Below are positions 50,658 to 61,250 of a stretch of DNA of 64,000 bases, one piece after another. A model generated the notes under the pieces. It was not told the origin of the DNA, searched no databases, and saw nothing but the letters and a program-made list of their open reading frames with translations. The first letter of the stretch is position 1. The number at the start of each line of letters is the position of its first letter. The DNA is taken from contig NC_086108.1 in assembly GCF_963921235.1 (NCBI RefSeq), forward strand, positions 12,152,001 to 12,216,000, read 5' to 3'. Both the position numbers and the translations under genes were made by a program. The DNA comes from Mobula hypostoma. Lineage: Eukaryota.

Positions 50658-52165
50658 GGGAAAATGCTAGAGTCAGTTATCAAAGATGTGATAACAGCAC
50701 ATTTGGAAAGCAGTGAAATCATCGGACAAAGTCAGCATGGATTTATGAAAGGAAAATCGTGTCTGACAAATCTCATAGAATTTTTTGAGAACGTAACTAG
50801 TAGAGTGGATAGGGGAGAACCAGTGGATGTGGTATATTTGGATTTTCAGAAGGCTTTTGACAAAGTGCCACACATGAGGCTACTTAACAAGATAAGAGCC
50901 CATGGAATTACAGGAAAGTTACATACGTGAATAGAGCGTTGGCTGATTGGCAGGAAACAGAGAGTGGGAATAAAGGGATCCTATTCTGGTTGGCTGCCGG
51001 TTACCAGTGGTTTTCCACAGGGATCAGTGTTGGGGCCGAGACTTTTTACATTGTACATCAACGATTTGGATTATGGAATAGATGGCTTTGTGGCTAAGTT
51101 TGCTGACGATACGAAGATAGGTGGAGGGGCCGGTAGTGCTGAGGAAACGGAGAGTCTGCAGAGAGACTTGGATGGATTGGAAGAATGGGCAGAGAAGTGG
51201 CAAATGAAATACAAATGTTGGAAAGTGTATGGTTATGCACTTTGGCAGAAAAAATAAACGGGCAGACTATTATTTAAATGGGGAAAGAATTCAAAGTTCT
51301 GAGATGCAACAGGACTTGGGAGTCCTCGTACAGGATACCCTTAAAGTTAACCTCCAGGTTGAGTCAGTAGTGAAGAAGGCGAATGCAATGTTGGCATTCA
51401 TTTCTAGAGGAATAGAGTATAGGAGCAGGGATGTGATGTTGAGGATCTGTAAGGCGCTGGTGAGACCTCATTTGGAGTACTGTGGGCAGTTTTGGTCTCC
51501 ATATTTAAGAAAGAATGTGCTGACGTTGGAGAGGGTACAGAGAAGATTCACTAGAATGATTCCGGGAATGAGAGGGTTAATATATGAGGAACGTTTGTCT
51601 GCTCTTGGACTGTATTCCTCGGAGTTTAGAAGAATGAGGGGAGACCTCATAGAAACATTTCGAATGTTAAAAGGCATTGACAGAGTGGATGTGGCAAAGT
51701 TGTTTCCCATGATGGGGGAGTCTAGTACAAGAGGGCATGACTTAAGGATTGAAGGGTGCCCATTCAGAACAGAAATGCGAAGAATTTTTTTTAGTCAGAG
51801 GGTGGTGAATCTATGGAATTTGTTGTGGAGGCCAAGTCATTGGATGTATTTAAGGCAAAGATTGAAAGGTATCTGAGTAGCCAGGACATCAAAGGTTATG
51901 GTGAGAAGGCGGGGGAGTGGGACTAAATAGGAGAAAATGGATCAGCTCATGATAAAATGTCGGAGCAGACTCGATGGGCTGAATGGCCTACTTCTGCTCC
52001 TTTATCTTATGGTCTTATGGTCTTATGGTCTTATGGATCTGGGGTATGGAGAGAAGGCAGGTACAGGGTTCTGAATTGGATGATCAGCCATGATCATACT
52101 GAATGGTGGTGCAGGCTCGAAGGGCTGAATGGCCTACTCCTGCACCTATTTTCTATGTTTCTATG
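50658..52165 (+). mobile_element. CR1 insertion in the integrase, carrying two successive 3' ends
   Basis: ATG duplicated at 50655-50657 and 52163-52165. A (TCTTATGG)n tail ends near 52037 and a (TTTCTATG)n tail ends at 52165. Confidence 0.9.
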
Positions 52166-53075
52166 AGAAGAGACCTGACAAGGGCTTTTGAATTAGCTGG
52201 GGTCGTGGCTACCAAGCACAATCGAGGGAATAAGAGGAGGTATGATCAAAAGGTGAGGTTCTCCCAACTCCTGTCGGGAGAAAGAGTCCTCATAAGGAAT
52301 TTGGAGCTACCTGGAAAGCACAAGTTGGCTGACCACTGGGCGGCTACGCCCCGTGTGGTGGAGAGTCAGATGCCAAACCTACCAGTTTTCCGGGTGAAAC
52401 CAGAGGATGGGAATTGGCTTGTCAAGGTCCTCCAATAGAAACACCTTCTGCCTCCCGGACAAGAGGTGCAGGCTGACTCAGAGCCCAACCTGGAGCCTAC
52501 ACCTCGTAAGAGAACTCTGCAGCAATGTGGGGTGACTGCAGGACCAACAGCAGGTGAGGTTAGGCCGGTCCCCGCCACTGAGAGGGATACTGATTCAGAG
52601 GATGAGGGCCTGGAGGTGTGGTATGTGCTATCTTTTGCTAATTCCCCACTGAATGAGGAAGAGACTCCCAACCCTTCTCCTGCTGAGTCAGGTGAAATCG
52701 GGGAGGCTATCTGTGGACAGCCTGGGTTGCAGCAGGACCCTGCAAGGGATGAAGCGGTGCTTAGCCAAGGGACAGAGGTGTCCGAGTTGCAGGTGGGCAT
52801 GAGTGATAAGCGAGGGGAAGCCTCGCCAGGTAAACCAGTAGTATCCCCAGTAGTGTCAGAACATGAAGAGGTAGATGAGGGGGTGCGAAGGTCTCACAGA
52901 ATCAGGAGACCACCGGATAGGCTGGCCTATGTAGCACCGGAGGGGGGCGGGGAGAGTGTGGCCCCTATCATTTTGGGGGGTTATATCCTGCCTTTACACC
53001 TGGGTTGGACTTTGTGTTTTACAGGAAGATTTGGCAAACTATCTCAAAGTCATGAGGACATGACTAAATTTGGTC

Positions 53076-53084
53076 GGGGGAGAG
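53076..53084 (+). promoter_or_regulatory. Polypurine tract
   Basis: gggggagag directly abuts TGTAAC of the 3' LTR. Confidence 0.85.
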
Positions 53085-53620
53085 TGTAACGACCTGGGAA
53101 AGGTTCCCCTGCTAACATGATGGTTTCTCTACAGCTCAGTGTTTGGGTTATGACTAGAGATATCGGGGTTTTGGCATGTGTGCTGGCCAAGGAGGGCAAG
53201 TGTTTTCCTTTCTTGTGTGCCTGACAGAAGGATTTGCGGGCTTTTCTGTTTGGCGGAAGATGGAGAAAGAAGAGAAAGTCGTAGACTGCAGGACAGAGTG
53301 GACTTGGAAGGGGGTCGGGAGTCGATGCCGGGGGGAGATCGATGGAGAGTGAACAGATGGGAAAACAGTGAGCTCCAAAGTGTGCAACAGACTGTTTCAT
53401 AACAGTCTCTTTTTTGTTTTCTTTACTAACCCTATAGTCAAATCAAGAACTTTAAAGCTCAATCATTGAATTGCATATTGTGTTCTGTTTGTTATTTTGT
53501 GTTACTGATTTGTAACAGGGAACACATCATGCAGCATCCACCCAAACAAGGTTTCTCAAGTTTGGCCAGGCTGGAGGCTGTCTTCCCTGAGATTAATACT
53601 GCTATCCGAACCCGAGAGCA
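53085..53620 (+). repeat. 3' LTR with a damaged right end
   Basis: Aligns with the 5' LTR; ends gagagca rather than gagagttaca. Confidence 0.9.
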
Positions 53621-55768
53621 GGCTTGAAAAGGGTTATGTTGTTAGGCCCAGCGAATGGGTGACCCAGTTTGACTGGTTTGAATCAGTCAGTGTTGAAAAG
53701 AATAAAAGAAGTCAGTTAAAGGCACAAAGTTGAAGGTGAAGGCCATAAAACAATATTGTTTGTAGCTCCGGACTACAAAGGGAATCTAGATGTCAGTTAG
53801 ATCTCCTTGAGCCAATGAAACTGAAACGTCAGAGACTGGTCAGACAAAAAAAAAATAAAACTGGAAGATTTTGGGAGCTCAGGTGGTGACAACTCTCCGG
53901 AGAGCAACCATTGCAGGTGAGGAAGACCCACCTGGGACACGTGGAAATTAGATCAGGACCACAAGGAACACCTGGCCAGTATTGACTCCTTTCTTGGGTA
54001 TTACTTTTTCTATTCTTTGACTGTTCATTGAGGGTCAGGGATGCTTAATAGGTGTGCACACAAGTGTTTGGTTGTGTAAATTCACGTGCTTGTGCACTGA
54101 GTCTAACTGATCATTATTACTAAGGGGTAAATTGTGTAGCAGGCTCTTCTTTTTGGAGTGAATAAGGATGAGGCGTGAGTTAATAGAGGTAAACAAGATG
54201 ATAAGAGGCATAGATCAGGAGAGGCAGAGACTTTTTCCCAGGACAAAAATGAGTAATACGATGGGGCATAATTTTAAGGTTGATGGAAGAAAGTATAGCA
54301 GGGATGTCAGAGGTAGGATTTTTACACAGAGAATGGTGGGTGTATGGAACATGCTGCCAGGGGTGGGGGTAGAGGGAGATACATTAGGGGTATTTAACAA
54401 ACTCTTAGACACATGGATGAACAAAAAATGGAGGGCTATGTGGGAAGGAAGGGTTGGAAGGAGTTTGCGTATGTTAAAAGGTCAGCACAACATGGTGGGC
54501 TGAAGGGCCTGTAGTGTGCTATAATGTTCTATGTTCTATGTTAAGGACTGCAATTCTGAGGACAGCACTGCTACGCACCAGAGAGCCAGGTGTTTCCATT
54601 TATGCTTGAGATAGTTCATAAATCCATCATGGCTACATCCTCTAAATCCTCTAAATCCAAATGGAGAGACAAAGCAGTACGAGTGTCATATACTGGGGAC
54701 ATATCCCTGGCTGAGGCTTGGATCACGCAGAGCTCTCCACTGCTGAATCTGGCACTCTATACCCAGCTCTTACAGGGCAAAACACTTCCAAGATTCAAGA
54801 TTCAAGATTGTTTAATGTCATTTCCAGGACACAAGTGCAAAGGAGAGCAAAATAATTGTTACTCCAGATCCGATGCAGCACAAAAACAAAACACAAGGAA
54901 TATGAGGGGAAATGTCTTCACTCAGAGGGCGGTGAGAGTGGGGAATGAGCAACCACAGCAAGTGGTAGATGCAAGCTCAATTTCAATGCTGAAGAGAAGT
55001 TTGGCTAGGTACAAGGATGGGAGGGGTTTGGAGAGCTATGTTCTCGGTACAGCTCAAAGGGAGTAAGCAGTTTAGATGATTCGGCATGGACTGTTTCGGT
55101 GCTAAATTTTAGAAACATAGAAACATAGAAAACCTGCAGCACAATACAGGCCCTTCGGCCCACAATGTTGTGCCGAACATGTCCCTACCTTAGAAATTAC
55201 TAGATCTCCCCATAGCCCTCTATTTTTCTAAGCTCCATGTACCTATCTAAAAGTCTCTTAAAAGACTCTCTTAACAGTCATTTTTTATGACTATGACTCC
55301 AAAGAGCAAAATAATAAAAAAGTATAATAAATATAAATGTATAAGATAACCTATCTACTGTACATGGATTAATAAGGTGACACAAGGCCTAGGTGAGTCG
55401 CTGCTTAAAGGCGACTGACAATAAATGGTAAAGTGTAGTGGTTGGGGGTGCGGAGGGGTGGGTTAGCAGTGGAGATGCTGATCAGCCTTACAGCTTGGAG
55501 AACTGATTTTGAGTCTGGTGGTCCTGGCGTGGATGCTATGGAGCCTCCTCCCTGATGGGAGTGAGACAAACAGTCCATGAGCAGACTGGGTGGGATCCTT
55601 TATGATGTTGCTGGTGCTTTTCCAGCACCTATCTGTATATATGTCTTTGATGGTGGGTATACAGGTGCCAGTTTTAACTACCCATTGCAGAGTTTTCCTG
55701 TCCACATCAGTACAATTTCCATGCCACGCAGTGATGTCACTTGTTAGGACACTCATCTGGAGAAGGAT

Positions 55769-56313
55769 GTGAATATTAACATCTGCCGGACGATGCTGAG
55801 GATGTTCTACGAGTCTGTGGTGGCCAGTGCTATCATGTTTGCTGTTGTGTGCTGGGGCAGCAGGCTGAGGGTAGCAGACACCAACAGAATCAACAAACTC
55901 ATTCGTAAGGCCAGTGATGTTGTGGGGATGGAACTGGACTCTCTGACGTTGGTGTCTGAAAAGAGGATGCTGTCCAAGTTGCATGCCATCTTGGTCAATG
56001 TCTCCCATCCACTACATAATGTACAGGGTGGGCACAGGAGTACATTCAGCCAGAGACTCATTCCACCGAGATGCAACACTGAGCGTCATAGGAAGTCATT
56101 CCTGCCTGTGGCCATCAAACTTTACAACTCCTCCCTTGGAGGGTCAGACACCCTGAGCCAATAGGCTGGTCCTGGACTTATTTCCTGGTATAATTTACAT
56201 ATTATTATTATTTAATTATTTATGGTTTTATATTGCTATATTTATGCTCTATTCTTTGTGCAACTGTAACGAAACCCAATTTCCCTCGGGATCAATAAAG
56301 TATGACTATGACT
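55769..56313 (+). mobile_element. Young Rex1/Babar-like LINE 3' end with an open frame and (TATGAC)n tail
   Basis: ORF 55769-56164 is uninterrupted and is followed by aataaagtatgactatgact. Confidence 0.88.
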
Positions 56314-57289
56314 GTTGATGAGCACAGCCAAGCATTTTTCAGCCTCTTCAAAAAGAGGCAATGGTGAGCTATCCTGATTGTGGAAGCTGTGTAAGGGGAC
56401 CATGAGAGGCTGTGTGCATTCTCAGGAGTTTGAAGCTGCTCACGGTTCACACTGTTGAGCCACAGACAACATGAAGGATGTGCACAATAGACTTTTCAAT
56501 ACTCCAAAGACCTTCTCAAGGTCAGATGAAAAACACATGTAACAGCATTACCAGCTAATGGATTTGAAACCCCTTGATCACTTAAATTGAGGACAAAACA
56601 CAAGGGAAGGAGCTGACTGCTTGAAATATCTCTGACAGAAACACGCAGGGGTCATCACAAACAGTAGAAGGAGTGTGCAATATCTTAAAGCACACACCCA
56701 GCACCCTGTCTGCACCACCCACTCCAGCTGAGACAGAGACTGCAATTCCTTCACTAGCCCGATCCCTCACTTCAGCACCGATCTCAGAGAGGATACAAGC
56801 CCCAGATTCCAAGATGAGAAATTCTACAGATGCTGGAAATCCAAAGCAGCACACATAAAATGCTGGAGGAATTCAGCAGGGCAAGCAACATCTATGGAAA
56901 AGAGTGAACAGATGATAAGGAAAAGGAGAAGTCAGAGTAAGGTGGGGAGAGGGGAGGGAGAAGTACAAAGTGACAAGTGATAAGACTTCCTCCAGTATTT
57001 TGTATCTGCTGCCCCAGATCCCAAGAAATGGCCTGAGAAGAAAATACAATTTAAGAGACTGTCTGGTGAGATGTACAATCTTTCTTCAAGGCTGCCAGTG
57101 ATGTACGACTGAAGGAACTGGGGGTTAAGGGTTAGTTTGATCTTTTTCAGTATGAAGATTACTTGCACAGATTCAGTCAGCAGGTAGCTGATAACAAATG
57201 TCACAAGGCAGTCATGCAGAGTGACGGCAGCAGAGATATGATACAGAGTAATGGGAGCCTTCCAGACTGACGGCAGCACCGGGTATCCC

Positions 57290-60200
57290 GGAGATTTAAC
57301 ACAGAGTGATGGGAGACGGGCAGACTGGATATCCCTGAGATATACACAGAGAGATGGGAGACGGGCAGACTGGATATCCCTGAGATATACACAGAGTGAT
57401 GGGAGATGGGCAGACTGGATATCCCTGAGATATACACACAGTGATGGGAGACGGGCAGACTGGATATCCCTGAGATATACACAGAGTGATGGGAGACGGG
57501 CAGCACTGGGTACCCCTGAGATTTAACACAGAGTGATGGGAGACGGGCAGACTGGATATCCCTGAGATATACACAGAGTGATGGGAGACGGGCAGAGTGG
57601 ATATCCCTGAGATATACACAGAGTGATGGGAGACGGGCAGACTGGATATCCCTGAGATATACACAGAGTGATGGGAGACGGGCAACACTGGGTACCCCTG
57701 AGATTTAACACAGAGTGATGGGAGACGGGCAGACTGGATATTCCTGAGATAAACACACAGTGATGGGAGATGGGCAGACTGGATATCCCTGAGATATACA
57801 CAGAGTGATGGGAGATGGGCAGACTGGATATCCCTGAGATATACACAGAGTGATGGGAGATGGGCAGACTGGATATCCCTGAGATATACACAGAGTGATG
57901 GGAGACGGGCAGACTGGATATCCCTCAGATATACACAGAGTGATGGGAGACGGGCAGATTGGATATCCCTGAGATATACACAGAGAGATGGGAGACGGGC
58001 AGACTGGATATCCCTGAGATATACACAGAGAGATGGGAGATGGGCAGACTGGATATCCCTGAGATATACACAGAGTGATGGGAGACGGGCAGACTGGATA
58101 TCCCTGAGATATACACAGAGTGATGGGAGTTGGGCAGACTGGATATTCCTGAGATATACACAGAGTGAGGGGAGACGGGCAGACTGGATATTCCTGAGAT
58201 ATACACAAAGTGATGGGAGATGCTCAGACTGGATATACCTGAGATATAGTACAGAGTGATGGGAGATGGGCAGACTGGATATCCCTGAGATTTAACACAG
58301 AGCGATGGGAGACGGGCAGACTGGATATCCTGAGATATACACAGAGTGATGGGAGACGGGCAAACTGGATATCCCTGAGATATACACAGAGTGATGGGAG
58401 ACGGGCAGACTGGATATCCCTGAGGTATACACAGAATGATGGGAGACGGGCAGACTGGATATTCCTGAGATATACACACAGTGATGGGAGACGGGCAGAC
58501 TGGATATCCCTGAGATATACACAGAGTGATGGGAGACGGGCAGACTGGATATCCTGAGATATACACAGAGTGATGGGAGACGGGCAAACTGGATATCCCT
58601 GAGATATACACAGAGTGATGGGAGACGGGCAGACTGGATATCCCTGAGGTATACACAGAATGATGGGAGACGGGCAGACTGGATATTCCTGAGATATACA
58701 CACAGTGATGGGAGACGGGCAGACTGGATATCCCTGAGATATACACAGAGTGATGGGAGACGGGCAGACTGGATATCCCTGAGATTTAACACAGAGTGAT
58801 GGGAGACGGGCAGACTGGATATCCCTGAGATATACACAGAGTGATGGGAGACGGGCAGACTTGATATTCCTGAGATATACGCAGAGTGATGGGAGACGGG
58901 CAGACTGGATATTCCTGAGATATACACAAAGTGATGGGAGGTGCTCAGACTGGATATACCTGAGATATAGTACAGAGTGATGGGAGATGGGCAGACTGGA
59001 TATCCCTGAGATATACACAGAGTGATGGGAGACGGGCAGACTGGATATCCCTGAGATATACACAGAGTGATGGGAGACGGGCAGACTGGATATCCCTGAG
59101 ATATACACAGAGTGATGGGTGACGGTATGCTGGCATTTATAGCGAGAGGATTTGAGTACAGGAGCAGGGAGGTACTACTGCAGTTGTACAAGGCCTTGGT
59201 GAGACCACACCTGGAGTATTGTGTGCAGTTTTGGTCTCCTAATCTGAGGAAAGACATCCTTGCCATAGAGGGAGTACAAAGAAGGTTCACCAGATTGATT
59301 CCTGGGATGGCAGGACTTTCATATGAAGAAAGACTGGATGAACTGGGCTTGTACTCGTTGGAATTTAGAAGATTGAGGGGGGATCTGATTGAAACGTATA
59401 AGATCCTAAACGGATTGGACAGGCTAGATGCAGGAAGATTGTCCCCGATGTTGGGGAAGTCCAGAACGAGGGGCCACAGTTTGAGAATAGAGGGGAAGCC
59501 TTTTAGGACCGAGATTAGGAAAAACTTCTTCACACAGAGAGTGGTGAATCTGTGGAATTCTCTGTCACAGGAAACAGTTGAGGCCAGTTCATTGGCTATA
59601 TTCAAGAGGGAGTTAGATATGGCCCTTGTGGCTACGGGGATCAGGGGGTATGGAGGGAAGGCTGGGGCGGGGTTCTGAGTTGGAGGATCAGCCATGATCA
59701 TAATAAATGGCGGTGCAGGCTCGAAGGGCCGAATGGCCTACTCCTGCACCTATTTTCTATGTTTCTATGTTTCTATATACACAGAGTGATGGGTGACGGG
59801 CAGACTGGATATCCCTGAGATATACACAGAGTGATGGGAGACGGGCAGACTGGATATCCCTGAGATTTAACACAGAGTGATGGGAGACGGGCAGACTAGA
59901 TATCCCTGAGATATACACAGAGTGATGGGAGAGGGGCAGACTGGATATCCCTGAGATTTAACACAGAGTGATGGGAGACGGGCAGACTGGCTATCCCTGA
60001 CATATAACACAGAGTGATGGGAGACCGGCAGACTGGATATCCTGAGGTATACACAGAGTGATGGGAGATGGGCAAACTGGATATCCCTGAGATATACACA
60101 GAGTGATGGGAGACGGCAGCACTGGGTACCCCTGAGATTTAACACAGAGTGATGGGAGACGGGCAGCCTAGATATCCCTGAGATATACACAGAGTGATGG

Positions 60201-61250
60201 GAGACGGGCAGACTGGATATTCCTGAGATATACACAGAGTGATGGGAGACGGGCGGACTGGATGTCCCTGAGGTATACACAGAGTGATGGGAGACAGGCA
60301 GACTGGATATCCCTGAGATATACATAGAGTGATGGGAGATGGGCAGACTGGATGTCCCTGAGGTATACACAGAGTGATGGGAGACAGGCAGACTGGATCT
60401 CCCTGAGATATACACAGAGTGATGGGAGACCGGCAGACTGGATATCCCTGAGATATACACAGAGTGATGGGAGACGGGCAGCCTAGATATCCCTGAGATA
60501 TACACAGAGTGATGGGAGACGGGCAGCCTAGATATCCCTGAGATATACACAGAGTGATGGGAGACGGGCAGACTGGATATTCCTGAGATATACACAGAGT
60601 GATGGGAGACGGGCAGACTGGATGTCCCTGAGGTATACACAGAGTGATGGGAGACGGGCAGACTGGATATCCCTGAGATATACATAGAGTGATGGGAGAT
60701 GGGCAGACTGGATGTCCCTGAGGTATACACAGAGTGATGGGAGACAGGCAGACTGGATATCCCTGAGGTATACACAGAGTGATGGGAGACGGGCAGACTG
60801 GATATTCCTGAGATATACATAGAGTGATGGGAGATGGGCAGACTGGATGTCCCTGAGGTATACACAGAGTGATGGGAGACAGGCAGACTGGATATCCCTG
60901 AGATATACACAGAGTGATGGGAGACGGGCAGACTGGATATCCCTGAGGTATACACAGAGTGATGGGAGACGGGCAGACTGGATATCCCTGAGATTTAACA
61001 CAGAATGATGGGAGACGGGCAGACTGGATATCCCTGAGATATACTCAGAGTGATGGGATGTGGGCAGGCTGGATTTTCCTGAGTTATACACAGAGTGATG
61101 GGAGACGGGCAGACTGGATATCCCTGAGATTTAACACAGAGTGATGGGAGACGGGCAGACTGGATATCCCTGAGATATAACACAGAGTGATGGGAGACGG
61201 GCAGACTGGATATCCCTGAGTTATAACACAGAGTGATGTCAGCACTGGAT
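57290..61250. repeat. 45-bp minisatellite, roughly 70 units (acacagagtgatgggagacgggcagactggatatccctgagatat), interrupted at 59126-59774
   Basis: Direct reading, and the 15-aa periodicity of the overlapping ORFs. Confidence 0.98.
59126..59774 (+). mobile_element. Young 5'-truncated CR1 with an intact ORF2 C-terminus and a 25-bp TSD
   Basis: Open frame to the stop at 59678, hairpin, and (TTTCTATG)n tail. TSD at 59101-59125 and 59775-59799. Confidence 0.95.

Larger units (their letters stand above)
48179..53084 (+). pseudogene. pol: Gypsy pol (RT, RNase H, integrase), interrupted at 50658-52165
   Basis: YASPIIVARKKNGKVRMCVDY, KTAF, YLDDII, LRSFLGFCGYYRRF, DASREGLG, EFLALKWAV, DHYSRYA, SDQG, TTPYHPQGDPQPERFN; many stops and frameshifts. 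Confidence 0.95.
42726..53620 (+). mobile_element. Decayed Gypsy LTR retrotransposon with multiple nested insertions
   Basis: Two related LTRs, PBS, PPT, and gag and pol remnants in the order RT-RNaseH-IN. Confidence 0.95.

Noticed and set aside
52466..53089. Possible env or extra ORF before the 3' LTR
   Set aside because: It looks like the acidic low-complexity pol tail ending RRSHRIRRPPDRLAY, with no signal peptide or convincing fusion/TM architecture.
57201..61183. Long repetitive ORFs (up to 469 aa; SVYISGISSLPVSHH and similar)
   Set aside because: The 45-bp unit is a multiple of 3 and lacks stops in several frames. Frames shift at indel units, and one ORF runs through antisense CR1.
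57290..61250. CRISPR-like appearance of this and the 20-, 37- and 42-bp arrays
   Set aside because: Units are head-to-tail with no unique spacers, there are no cas genes, and the context is vertebrate.
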